The notes below the pieces were generated by a model. That model saw nothing but the letters and a program-made list of their open reading frames with translations. It was not told where the DNA came from and did no database searches. Positions 9,908 to 19,421 of a stretch of DNA of 64,000 bases are shown here, piece by piece (the stretch's first letter is position 1; each line of letters begins with the position of its first letter). A program made the position numbers and the translations under genes. The stretch lies in the IMG/VR virus record IMGVR_UViG_3300032397_000003, positions 64,001 to 128,000 of that record. One strand, written 5' to 3'. This stretch comes from a virus.

Positions 9908-12520
9908 ATGACAGAATCTTTTCTAAAGAAAAGGGATAAGTGTGATTCTTGTCCACTTGAGATAGATATAAAAAAAGGTACTTTTATAAGAGCATCTAAA
10001 AAAAATGAAATTCAAGTTAAAAGTGATTTACAAGATTATTCTAATGTAGATTATCTTTTTCTTACTGATTGTATAGAGCAAGATAAAGATTTAGATAAAC
10101 TATATAATCTAATAAAAGTTAAAGGCATTAAAAACTTTGCTATTACATCTGCAATAGGGTGTAGAACAATAAGTTATGAAGTATCTACTCCTTTATATTC
10201 AACTTATAATTATTGTAAATCATTTGATATTAAAAAATTCAATCCAAAAGTTGTATTTACATTTGGTAAAGCAATTTATTATTTTACAAGAGGATCAGTA
10301 TTTTCCTCTTGGAGAGATTTTAGAGAATTTGTATTTAATGAAACATATTTTTATCCTCATATAAAAGAAGAATGGAAAGGTAGAATTTATCCTTGTTCAT
10401 TTATTCATGACTTATTTCAATTTGATACTTTTGAACATTTACATTTTACTAAGAATCTTGGGTTTGCTCAATTACATATTAACAATTATGTAAATGAAAA
10501 ATTTATTATGCCTGATTATAAAATAGAAAAAGTTTCCGATCTATCCTTATTTATAGATGAGCATAGAGATGAAAAGAAAGGGGCTTTTGATACAGAAACA
10601 AATAGTCTTAATGTATTTGTAGATGACTTTAAAATGGGGTGTATGCAGTGTTCCTTTGATGGAGTTAATGCTTATTATATACCATCATCTACAATAACAA
10701 ATAAAAGAAAACTTTCTATATGGCTTAATAATATATTTCAGATTTGGGCAAATGGGAAGTACGATTGCAAAGTATTGAATAGAAGTGGTATAAAAGGTTA
10801 TCATGTCGATGAAGATATACCCCTTATATTCCATATTATGAATACTGAAAGAGATTCAAATTCAATCAAAGTTCTATCTTGGTTCATTGGTTTTGGTGGA
10901 TATGAAGATGAACTTGATGAATATAAAAAGAAACACAAAATTAAAAACTATTTAGATATACCTGAAAATATAATGATAAATTATTCAGGATTAGATGCTA
11001 TAGTTACTTATAGATTGGATGAATTTTTACATAAATATTTAGTTCCAAGACAACAAGAAACATATAATTTATATAGAAATGATATAATACCGGTAATACC
11101 TGTATTCCAAGAAATAGAGGAGAATGGATTACTGGTTGATAAAGAGTATATAAAAAATTATCATAATGAATTAATGATTAAAAAAGAAATTGTTGAAAAA
11201 GAAATTTATGAATTAGCGGGTAAAAAATTTAATATAGGTTCTAATGATGAATTAGGTTTATTATTAAAAGAATCTGGTTTACCGAATTATGGTGTAACTA
11301 AAAAAGGTTTATATCAAACTAATGAGGAGATTTTATTAAAATGGAAAAAAGATGGTTTTAAAATAGTTGAAAAAATTCTAGAGTATAGGAAGATAACAAA
11401 ATTAGACTCCACTTATATAGGTAATAAAGACGAGGAAGCTGAATTTAATTTCTTCGATAATTCAAAGAAAGAAAAGGAAAGCGTAGGCTTATATCAATAT
11501 ATAATGTCAGATAATAAGGTGCATGGAAATATCATGCCGGCACTGACTGACTCAATCAGATCGTTATCGTTTCAGCCCAACCTACAAAATTTTCCGAAAA
11601 GGGGGGATGAAGGTAAAGCTTTTAGAAAAGTATTTATAGCTCCAGAAGATTATTATTTTTGTGAAGCAGACTATGCAGGATTTCAATTAAGACTTATGGG
11701 TATATATTCTAAAGATGAAACTATGATAGATGCTTTTATAAATCAGGGAGGAGATTTGCACTCCGTAACGGGATGCGAGGTATTTTCTCAAGGTACTGAA
11801 TTATCTTATTTTATGGAGCATAAAAAAGAGGATCCATACAAGACAGCAAGATTTAATGGGAAAGTTGTAAATCTATCTTTTGTTTTTATGGTTAGTCCAT
11901 TCTCTTTTCAAAATTCTATCAGAGAAGAATGGACACCTGAACAAATAGATGATTACATTAAAAAGAATAAATTAGAAATAATTAAAGACAGCAAAACAGG
12001 ATTTCAAAATAAAAATCTTACTATAGCCACTGATATACATAAAAAGTTTTTTATTAAGTATCCTAAACTACCTGAATATGCGGCTAATATGCAAAAGTTT
12101 GCAAGAGAAAATGGTTATGTAGATTGTCCTATATTTCCTGGATTAAGACGACATATACCTGAACTACTAAAACAAGGAAGTAATCTTAATAAAGAAAAAA
12201 TGTCACATTATTCAAATCTTAATAATATAACAGTGAATACTGGGGCACAGGGTGGAGAGGCTTTAATTATATATAGAGCTTTGATAAAAATACATAAAAA
12301 GATTAAAGAACTAAATCTTAAAAGTATGCTAGTTGGGTGCGTGCATGACTCAATTGTGCTGTACATACATAAAACTGAAACAGAGCAAATGTATTATATA
12401 CTAAAAGAAAGTATGGAAGTATTTGATTATAGTATTCCCATATTAGCTGAAGTTGAATATGGGGATATTTGGGGATTTGGTACTGAGGTAGATAAAAATA
12501 ATATTGGAGAATTCAAATGA
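9908..12520 (+). CDS. polA: Family A DNA polymerase with N-terminal UDG-like (Fe-S) domain and 3'-5' exonuclease
   Basis: CDSCPL/GCR/NPKVVFTFG N-domain; FDTET, NGKYD, YSGLD exonuclease motifs; PNLQN, ADYAGFQLR, DLH, RxxxKxxN, CVHDS polymerase motifs. Confidence 0.92.
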   Translation: MTESFLKKRDKCDSCPLEIDIKKGTFIRASKKNEIQVKSDLQDYSNVDYLFLTDCIEQDKDLDKLYNLIKVKGIKNFAITSAIGCRTISYEVSTPLYSTYNYCKSFDIKKFNPKVVFTFGKAIYYFTRGSVFSSWRDFREFVFNETYFYPHIKEEWKGRIYPCSFIHDLFQFDTFEHLHFTKNLGFAQLHINNYVNEKFIMPDYKIEKVSDLSLFIDEHRDEKKGAFDTETNSLNVFVDDFKMGCMQCSFDGVNAYYIPSSTITNKRKLSIWLNNIFQIWANGKYDCKVLNRSGIKGYHVDEDIPLIFHIMNTERDSNSIKVLSWFIGFGGYEDELDEYKKKHKIKNYLDIPENIMINYSGLDAIVTYRLDEFLHKYLVPRQQETYNLYRNDIIPVIPVFQEIEENGLLVDKEYIKNYHNELMIKKEIVEKEIYELAGKKFNIGSNDELGLLLKESGLPNYGVTKKGLYQTNEEILLKWKKDGFKIVEKILEYRKITKLDSTYIGNKDEEAEFNFFDNSKKEKESVGLYQYIMSDNKVHGNIMPALTDSIRSLSFQPNLQNFPKRGDEGKAFRKVFIAPEDYYFCEADYAGFQLRLMGIYSKDETMIDAFINQGGDLHSVTGCEVFSQGTELSYFMEHKKEDPYKTARFNGKVVNLSFVFMVSPFSFQNSIREEWTPEQIDDYIKKNKLEIIKDSKTGFQNKNLTIATDIHKKFFIKYPKLPEYAANMQKFARENGYVDCPIFPGLRRHIPELLKQGSNLNKEKMSHYSNLNNITVNTGAQGGEALIIYRALIKIHKKIKELNLKSMLVGCVHDSIVLYIHKTETEQMYYILKESMEVFDYSIPILAEVEYGDIWGFGTEVDKNNIGEFK

Positions 12521-12777
12521 ATGATTTTTTAAAAAGAAAACCACTGCATAATAGAAATGAAGAATGGAAAGAACACTGGCAAGACATGCCTGAATTTATA
12601 TGTAATGATTTAGGTCCACATTCTCAAATTATAATTTCATTTAAAACTAAAGAGGATAGAAAAGCTTTTTCTAAACTTATAAATCAACCAATATCAGAGA
12701 GAACAAAATCTTTATGGTATCCTAAAGAAGACATTGATTTTGTAGAACATTTGAGGTATGTCGATGATAAAAAATAA
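12517..12777 (+). CDS. Small partner protein of phage DNA-glycosyltransferase loci
   Basis: HWQDMPEF...F....I.Q.I..RTKSLWYP pattern, overlapping the downstream GT. Confidence 0.6.
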   Translation: MNDFLKRKPLHNRNEEWKEHWQDMPEFICNDLGPHSQIIISFKTKEDRKAFSKLINQPISERTKSLWYPKEDIDFVEHLRYVDDKK

Positions 12778-13651
12778 GCCTCAATTCCCTATATACCTAC
12801 CATCTAAAGGAAGACATGATATAAAAGGTTATACAAGTGATAATCTCAGTGAAATGGAAATACCTCATTATATTGTTATAGAAGAACAACAGTATGATCT
12901 ATACTATGAGAATCATAAGGATAATAAATTTGTTACTCTACTTATTCTTGATAAAAAATATCAAGATGAATATAACACTTTTGATGATTTAGGTAGTACC
13001 AAAAGCAAAGGACCAGGTGCGGCTAGAAATTTTGCATGGGATCATTCTATTAAAATGGGATTTGATTGGCATTGGGTAATGGATGATAATATTATGTCAT
13101 TTAAAATCTTTAATAATAATAGACAGATTAAAACTACATCCGGTGTAATGTTTAAAGCTATGGAAGATTTTTGTTTAAGATATAAGAATATAGGAATGGC
13201 TGGTCCTCAGTATTATATGTTTGTACCAAGAAAAGCTATATTACCTCCTTATGTAACTAATACTCGTATATACTCGTGTAATCTCATTAGGAATGATGTT
13301 CCATATAGATGGAGAGGTCGTTATAATGAAGATACAGATTTATCTTTATGTATGTTAAAAGATGGATGGTGTACAGTTCAATTTAATGCATTTCTGCAAG
13401 AAAAACTTACAACTCAAGTGCTTGGTGGCGGTAATACAGAAGCTTTCTATGCACATGAGGGTACTCTTCCTAAATCTCAAATGTTAAAAGATATGCATCC
13501 AGATGTAACAGAGGTAGTGTGGAAATTTAATAGATGGCATCATTATGTAGATTATGGTCCATTTAAGAAAGTTAAACTTATTTTTAAAGATGATTATATA
13601 GTTAAAGAGGGTATAAATAATTATGGTATGGCATTAAAACAAGTTAAATAA
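12758..13651 (+). CDS. TAGT/GREB1-like GT-A glycosyltransferase, putative DNA base modifier
   Basis: PIYLPSKGR, GPGAARNFAWDHS, WVMDDN, NTRIYSCNLI, RYNEDTDLSL, GGNT. Confidence 0.8.
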   Translation: MSMIKNKPQFPIYLPSKGRHDIKGYTSDNLSEMEIPHYIVIEEQQYDLYYENHKDNKFVTLLILDKKYQDEYNTFDDLGSTKSKGPGAARNFAWDHSIKMGFDWHWVMDDNIMSFKIFNNNRQIKTTSGVMFKAMEDFCLRYKNIGMAGPQYYMFVPRKAILPPYVTNTRIYSCNLIRNDVPYRWRGRYNEDTDLSLCMLKDGWCTVQFNAFLQEKLTTQVLGGGNTEAFYAHEGTLPKSQMLKDMHPDVTEVVWKFNRWHHYVDYGPFKKVKLIFKDDYIVKEGINNYGMALKQVK

Positions 13652-13759
13652 TTATCATTTTTACTAATACATAAAAATAATTTAATTTTAATGATTATTT
13701 CTATATATTATAGTTAAAGTTATGGATCAAATAGATATTAAACTAGTTGGAGATAAATT

Positions 13760-13984
13760 TTGAAAAAGAAGGAACCAAAGTCTTCAAGAAATACTAAGAA
13801 TCAAAAGTTATTATCACCAAAAGAATCTAAAGAACAGGTTCAAATTGAAAAAGAGGAAATTATTCAAGTTGAACTTAAAAGAAGTTATAATTGTAAATGT
13901 GGTTGTAAAGTAATTCTTGAGGGAGAAACATATAAAAGAAAAGTGAAAGATGGTTTTGAACTTTGTAGTGGCTGTTCTAAATAA
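13760..13984 (+). CDS. Small Zn-finger-like hypothetical protein
   Basis: CKCGC ... CSGC; follows a class-I promoter. Confidence 0.55.
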   Translation: MKKKEPKSSRNTKNQKLLSPKESKEQVQIEKEEIIQVELKRSYNCKCGCKVILEGETYKRKVKDGFELCSGCSK

Positions 13985-14143
13985 TTTTTAAAAAATAATA
14001 AAAAGTTGTTTACATTTTTTTACATACATTGCCAGAAAGATACACCCTCTTTAGAGGTGTGTATGAATGGCAAAAATAATGAATTTTTTTGATAAAAATA
14101 AAAAAAGTAGTGTACTTTTCTATAATATTGTAATATATTATAT

Positions 14144-14344
14144 ATGATAATACTAATAAACAAGAGGTTTAACATGGAATATGAAAAGATAATATTTAAT
14201 TTTCCAAAGCAATATAAAAGAAAACTTGAAAAAATAGTTTCTATGGGGAATGTAGAAAATGAAAAAAGCACAACTTTAAGTGGGTTAATTTCTGAAACTT
14301 TAATTAGGGAATTTGATTTAGAAAATGAAAAAACATCATTATAA
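14144..14344 (+). CDS. Ribbon-helix-helix-like protein inside the IS (start possibly 14174)
   Basis: IIFNFPKQYKRKLEKI...TLSGLISETL beta-helix-helix pattern; overlaps the tnpA start. Confidence 0.5.
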   Translation: MIILINKRFNMEYEKIIFNFPKQYKRKLEKIVSMGNVENEKSTTLSGLISETLIREFDLENEKTSL

Positions 14345-14723
14345 ATCTGATTGTAATTATCATCTTATTATATGTCCTAAATATAGACATAAGGTATTGC
14401 ATGATGAAGTCAAGAATTTTTTAAAGAATAAATTTAAAGAAATTTGTATTAATTATGATTATGAATTATTAGATTTTTCAATAGAAATAGACCATATTCA
14501 CTTTGCATTAAAATTACAACCAACGTATTCTATTGGTTCTGTTGTTAGAAATTTAAAATCAATAACTGGATATTATTTGTTTAAGGAATTTCCAGAATTA
14601 AGAAAGAAATATTTTTGGAATAGCGGATTTTGGACTCATGGTTATTTTGTTTCGACTGTCGGTCGAGTTTCAAAAGAAAAAATTATGGAATACATTAAGT
14701 CACAAGAAAATTATGATAACTAA
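14325..14723 (+). CDS. tnpA: IS200/IS605 Y1 HUH transposase
   Basis: YHLIICPKYR, DHIH (HUH), LKS, FWTHGYFVSTVG, YIKSQ catalytic Tyr. Confidence 0.95.
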   Translation: MKKHHYKSDCNYHLIICPKYRHKVLHDEVKNFLKNKFKEICINYDYELLDFSIEIDHIHFALKLQPTYSIGSVVRNLKSITGYYLFKEFPELRKKYFWNSGFWTHGYFVSTVGRVSKEKIMEYIKSQENYDN

Positions 14724-15957
14724 AAATCAACAAATAAAATATTCTCTTTCCGCTACAGGAGAAAAAAGAAAAACTCAAACTTGTAAAGTTTATGAATTAA
14801 AGCTTTGTGAAAACAAACTTAATAAAATACAAATTGATTTTTTGCATAGGATTTTCCTTGAGGCAAAATGGATATATAATGATATTTTAAGCTTTAATGA
14901 TTTAAAAAACTATGATTGCAAAAAGAAAGAATTAGAAATCCTAAATAAAGAGAAAGAAAAGGAAATAAGAGAATTAAAAGTTTTAGGTAGTCAAATTAAA
15001 CAAGAACTATTACAAAGAACCTGGGGCTCTATTAAATCTCTTTCTACTAAAAAGAAAAAGGGCAAAACAAAGCAAGTAGGTAGACTTAAATTTAAAAGTC
15101 AAATAAATTCAATTCCTTTAAAACAATATGGAATTACATATAAGTTTCAGAAAGGTAATTTAAAAATACAAAACTGTAAATCATTGTTTCAAATTAAAGG
15201 ATTAAAACAAATTCCTGAGAATGCTGAATTTGCAAATGCTAATTTAATTAGAAAACCTTCAGGCTATTATCTTAAAGTAACTTGCTTTCTTCCAATTGAA
15301 AGTAAAAATATAAGTAAAGAAATAGTTGGTATTGATTTTGGAATTAAAGATGATTTGGTTTTAAGCAATGGAATTAAATTTCAAACTAAATTTCCAACAT
15401 CTTTTCAAATTAAAAGAGAGCAAAGAAAATTATCTAAAAAGAAAAAAGGTAGTCATAATTATTGGAAACAAAAAAATAAAGTTGCATTAGCTTATGAAAA
15501 ACAGAATAATAAAAAACAAGATACAAAAAATAAAATCATAAGTTATTTAAAAAATAATTATTCTCATATAGCAATTCAAAATGAAAATATAAAAGGATGG
15601 CACGCAGGATTATTTGGAAAACAAGTACAACAATCAATTTTAGGTGGTATAATTTCGGAATTGAAGAAACTTCCGCAGACACATATTGTTGATAGATTTT
15701 TTCCAAGTACAAAACTTTGTCCTGAATGTGGTCAATTAAATATTTTAACATTAGCAGATAGAATGTACAATTGTTCTTGTGGTTATTCTCAGGATAGAGA
15801 TATTCATAGTGCAAAAAATATTCTTTTAGAAACAATACCTATGGAATATAGGAATTTTAAGCCTGTGGAGTTTAATACCTCTGCGATAGATTATTTAAAG
15901 TCTTTCGTAAGTGTGAACTATGAAGCAGGAAGATACAACTCTTTAGAGTTGTGTTAG
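14713..15957 (+). CDS. tnpB: RNA-guided endonuclease TnpB
   Basis: RuvC-I GIDFG; RuvC-II region IAIQNENIKGW; Zn finger STKLCPECG..CSCG; RuvC-III DRDIHSAKNI; ATG 14713 overlaps the tnpA end. Confidence 0.92.
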   Translation: MITKNQQIKYSLSATGEKRKTQTCKVYELKLCENKLNKIQIDFLHRIFLEAKWIYNDILSFNDLKNYDCKKKELEILNKEKEKEIRELKVLGSQIKQELLQRTWGSIKSLSTKKKKGKTKQVGRLKFKSQINSIPLKQYGITYKFQKGNLKIQNCKSLFQIKGLKQIPENAEFANANLIRKPSGYYLKVTCFLPIESKNISKEIVGIDFGIKDDLVLSNGIKFQTKFPTSFQIKREQRKLSKKKKGSHNYWKQKNKVALAYEKQNNKKQDTKNKIISYLKNNYSHIAIQNENIKGWHAGLFGKQVQQSILGGIISELKKLPQTHIVDRFFPSTKLCPECGQLNILTLADRMYNCSCGYSQDRDIHSAKNILLETIPMEYRNFKPVEFNTSAIDYLKSFVSVNYEAGRYNSLELC

Positions 15958-15994
15958 TTCACTAATAGAAATAATATAAAATTGAGGTAAATAA

Positions 15995-16186
15995 ATGAAA
16001 AGATATGCACCATTTAAGTTTAAAGAAGCAAATAAAAAAGATTTAAATGAACTTATAGGAGAACTTAAAGCTCAATATGGATCATTCAAGGATGTAAAGA
16101 AAGATAAAGACTTTAAAAAACTTTCAGATGGGGATCAAGAGTATGTACTTGATGAATTAAAAGCAGAAGGGACTTTTAAGGACTAA
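15995..16186 (+). CDS. Small protein with MKRY..E tag (putative virion-internal protein)
   Basis: GAGGT RBS; MKRYAPFKFKE. Confidence 0.65.
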   Translation: MKRYAPFKFKEANKKDLNELIGELKAQYGSFKDVKKDKDFKKLSDGDQEYVLDELKAEGTFKD

Positions 16187-16188
16187 TA

Positions 16189-16551
16189 ATGATGGTAGAA
16201 AGATATAAACAATTTTTTGAAGATTCTAAGTATATAGATTTCTCTAAAGATAGGGATTATATAGAATTATTAGGTAATCTTAAAGGAAAAGATTATTCTA
16301 TCACTATGCAATGGAGTGGTCCAAAACAAGGGTTTAATGTTGAATGTTCTATAGTTACATCTCAAGGAAGTGAATTTATATACGGTAAAAATTCTAATAT
16401 ACATGGTGGGAGTGTAGAGCAAACTTTAACACCCATCTTTATAAATATATTTAAAATATCCGTTCCTAAAATAGAAAATGGTGGATCTGGATTAGATGTT
16501 AATCATATGATTGAAACATTGATTAAAAAATATAAATTTAAAGTGAAATAA
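16189..16551 (+). CDS. Hypothetical protein with ERYK..FE tag
   Basis: MMVERYKQFFE N-terminus. Confidence 0.65.
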   Translation: MMVERYKQFFEDSKYIDFSKDRDYIELLGNLKGKDYSITMQWSGPKQGFNVECSIVTSQGSEFIYGKNSNIHGGSVEQTLTPIFINIFKISVPKIENGGSGLDVNHMIETLIKKYKFKVK

Positions 16552-16626
16552 TTTTTAATTCTCATCTAATTTTCTATATATTATAAAGGTAGATAAGAAA
16601 AAATAATTTAAACTAGGGGTTCTATA

Positions 16627-17427
16627 GTGAACATAATAAAATTAACAAAAGAGGAGATTAAAAAGTCAGCTCCAGCAGTATATGCAACTCAACCAAAGAA
16701 GTCTATGACAGATAGATATTCTTTTGTATCAACAGACAAAATAATTACAGGATTTAATCAAGCAGGTTGGGAAGTTACAAAAGCTTTTCAAAGTAAAACT
16801 AAGAAAGACGATATAGCAGAAAGAAAGCATGTAGTAAGATTATCTAATCCTGATTTTCAACCAATGATGAAAGAGGTAGGCTCACTTACACCAGAGATAA
16901 TTTTAATCAATTCCCACAACGGTACCTCGGCAGTGCGCATAGAACTGGGATTATTTAGACTCGTTTGCGGTAACGGATTAGTGATTGCCAACAGCAGATT
17001 TGCACAAGTAAAAAGAAGACACTTTGGAATAGATCAAGATGAAATATTCCAAGTAATATATGATGCTACAAATGAGTTTCAAGACGTTTGGGGAAAAATA
17101 GACGAGTATAAGTCTATTAAACTTACAAATGGACAAAGACTTGATTTTGCTTCTAAAGTAATAGAGGAAAATTGGGGAACAAGCTCAGTAATAACTCCAG
17201 ATGCTTTATTACTACCAAGGAGAACAGAAGATAAAAATGATGATCTTTTCTCTGTAATGAACGTTGTTCAGGAGAATGTTATCAAAGGAGGAGCTAACTA
17301 TTTACACCCTCATAGAAATACATTAAGAAGAACAAAAGCAATTAAAAATGCTGATAGGGATATAAAAGTAAATGCTCTTCTGTGGCAAATGATAGAATCT
17401 TTTAGATTATCAAAAAAATTCAGATAA
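16627..17427 (+). CDS. DUF932/DUF945-family protein
   Basis: RYSFVST, HVVRL, LINSHNGTS, GLFRLVCGNGL, NVVQENVIKGG. Confidence 0.85.
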   Translation: MNIIKLTKEEIKKSAPAVYATQPKKSMTDRYSFVSTDKIITGFNQAGWEVTKAFQSKTKKDDIAERKHVVRLSNPDFQPMMKEVGSLTPEIILINSHNGTSAVRIELGLFRLVCGNGLVIANSRFAQVKRRHFGIDQDEIFQVIYDATNEFQDVWGKIDEYKSIKLTNGQRLDFASKVIEENWGTSSVITPDALLLPRRTEDKNDDLFSVMNVVQENVIKGGANYLHPHRNTLRRTKAIKNADRDIKVNALLWQMIESFRLSKKFR

Positions 17428-17497
17428 CAGTTTAATTATCGATAAATTATCTATATATTATATGTATAGATAATTTGATATTTCAAGGAGATTTAAA

Positions 17498-18076
17498 ATG
17501 GTAAAAAGGTATAAAAGAATAGAATCACAATTTATGGAAACTTTTGTTAGAGATTTATGGAAGTCTTTAATAAATTTGTCAAATATCTTAAAAAAACTAG
17601 ATATAAATTTTACAGTGATTGGGGGAGCTGCTAGAAATCAATATGGAGCAATAAAAATCACGGAGGATATAGATATACTTGTTGATATAAAGGATAAGGA
17701 TAAGATGTTACATCTTCCTATTGGTTTTATAAGAGAACTTTCTAATGGAAGAGGTAAAGTATATACTTTACATGATCCTAAAACTAAGATAGAAGTAATA
17801 TATACTGGGGAGGAAGCTGGAAGAGAGGGTAGTGATGTACCATATATAAATCCTAAAAAGATTTCAAATAATATTAAAAATATTCCCTTTTTAACTTTAG
17901 AAAACTTAATAAGATATAAACTTGCCTCTGGTCTTTATGGTAAAGGTAGGCTAAAGGATTTTGCTGATATCCAGTTTCTGATCGAAATGAATGATCTTGA
18001 AAGAAATTATGCAGATTCTTTTAGAAAGGATTTAAAAAATAAATATATTGAAATATGGATTGACACAATGGAATAG
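17498..18076 (+). CDS. Nucleotidyltransferase (Pol-beta superfamily, DUF6036/AbiEii-like)
   Basis: VIGGAA..YG....TEDIDILV, LENLIRYK, R.KDFADI; MVKRYKR tag. Confidence 0.75.
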   Translation: MVKRYKRIESQFMETFVRDLWKSLINLSNILKKLDINFTVIGGAARNQYGAIKITEDIDILVDIKDKDKMLHLPIGFIRELSNGRGKVYTLHDPKTKIEVIYTGEEAGREGSDVPYINPKKISNNIKNIPFLTLENLIRYKLASGLYGKGRLKDFADIQFLIEMNDLERNYADSFRKDLKNKYIEIWIDTME

Positions 18077-18126
18077 AATATTTCCTACTACTGTAGGTTA
18101 ATATAATTAAAAATTAGGAGACTTAA

Positions 18127-18306
18127 ATGTCAAAACCTCAAACAGTTACTCTAAAGAAAAATGAGCAAAAAGCGGTTCTGCGAGAATGGAAGACAACAAA
18201 GAATGCGAGAAAGATTGCAGAAAAACTTGGACTTCCAAGGCACCATGTGATGTATTTCATGGAAATGCAGAATCTTTGTTCATTTTCCGAGAGCAGTTAC
18301 AGGTAA
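18127..18306 (+). CDS. Small HTH-like DNA-binding protein
   Basis: Read by eye: MSKPQTV..NARKIAEKLGLPRHHV..*; AGGAG RBS. Confidence 0.6.
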   Translation: MSKPQTVTLKKNEQKAVLREWKTTKNARKIAEKLGLPRHHVMYFMEMQNLCSFSESSYR

Positions 18307-18391
18307 GTTTTAAAATTTTTACTTTATAAAATCTCTTGGTACTTTATACCGCCAAGAGATTTTTGTATGAATTATTACAGAGGAATAAATT

Positions 18392-19387
18392 ATGATTGAA
18401 ACAGAAACTATAGAAGAAATAGAAATTTTAAATATTGAACCAGAATCGGAAACTAAAAAAACAGAAAATCGTGGCAAACCTATAGTATGTAAGTATTGCA
18501 AACATACATTTAAGATTGCTGATATTGAACTGAAACAACAATGGCAGAATAATAATTGTCATTGTCCACGATGTAATGAAGAGTGGGCTGTACTCCCACC
18601 AACTGAAAGGAAACTAAAATATCTACAAGCTGATTATTTGAATAATAGATGTGAAGAAACCATTGTACCTTTTATAAGATTACTTGATATATATTGTCAG
18701 TCGATTATTAAAAAAACATATAAGATATATTTAACTTATGAAGGATCGCTTGAGTATTATAGTTATAATGCAGTTACAGCTTTAATCGAAGAATATTTGT
18801 CAAGAGAAGATTTTAGGATAGATATTTCTTTTGGTGGGTATATGATATGGAAAATTAAACAGGCTATTTTCCACCCCTCGGAATTAGAATCTGTTCATGT
18901 ATCTCTTGACTTTGAATTTGAAGATGGGAATAACTTACATCAAATGATTCCTTGTGATAAAGGTGTACTAGACAAAATAGAGAATGAACAGTACAACAAT
19001 AGTCTATATAATAAAATAATAGGTATTATAGAGGGTGTTGAAGAATACTGTAAAAATTCATATGAAGATTATATAAGAACTATTTCTATAAATTTATATT
19101 TTAAAGAAGGGGAGACTGCATTTGATAAATTATTTCAGGCTTTTGGGCGAGAAGGAAAAATGATAGCAATGCAAACTATAGATTTACTCCGTAAAGAGCT
19201 TTGTTGTGGCGCTGAATTGGCTAGCAATGAATTACATAATTTAATTACAATAGATAGTAAGGCTGATAGTAAAGTTAAGAAATCAAAATATTCTAATCTA
19301 GATAAAATGAAAAAATTAACTGCAAAAATTATACCTGATTTGAAAATTAAAGGACAAGGGATTAAATATTTTTGTGAAGAATCATAA
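18392..19387 (+). CDS. Zn-ribbon plus sigma-70-like protein (putative phage sigma factor)
   Basis: CKYC/CPRC ribbon; SFGGYMIWKIKQAI (region-2-like) followed by VSLD. Confidence 0.55.
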   Translation: MIETETIEEIEILNIEPESETKKTENRGKPIVCKYCKHTFKIADIELKQQWQNNNCHCPRCNEEWAVLPPTERKLKYLQADYLNNRCEETIVPFIRLLDIYCQSIIKKTYKIYLTYEGSLEYYSYNAVTALIEEYLSREDFRIDISFGGYMIWKIKQAIFHPSELESVHVSLDFEFEDGNNLHQMIPCDKGVLDKIENEQYNNSLYNKIIGIIEGVEEYCKNSYEDYIRTISINLYFKEGETAFDKLFQAFGREGKMIAMQTIDLLRKELCCGAELASNELHNLITIDSKADSKVKKSKYSNLDKMKKLTAKIIPDLKIKGQGIKYFCEES

Positions 19388-19421
19388 ATATCTAATCCAC
19401 TACTAATATAAAAAATCAGTA

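Larger units (their letters stand above)
14024..15962 (+). mobile_element. IS200/IS605-family element (RHH passenger + tnpA + tnpB)
   Basis: Left hairpin atacaccctct-tt-agaggtgtgtat (14040-14064) preceded by AAAG; right hairpin atacaactct-tt-agagttgtgt (15933-15954) preceded by GAAG; right end TCAC at 15959-15962; target TTAC at 14020-14023. Confidence 0.88.

Noticed and set aside
14638-14712. Extended TnpB N-terminus from the ORF track
   Set aside because: It lies inside tnpA; ATG 14713 overlapping the tnpA end is the more plausible start
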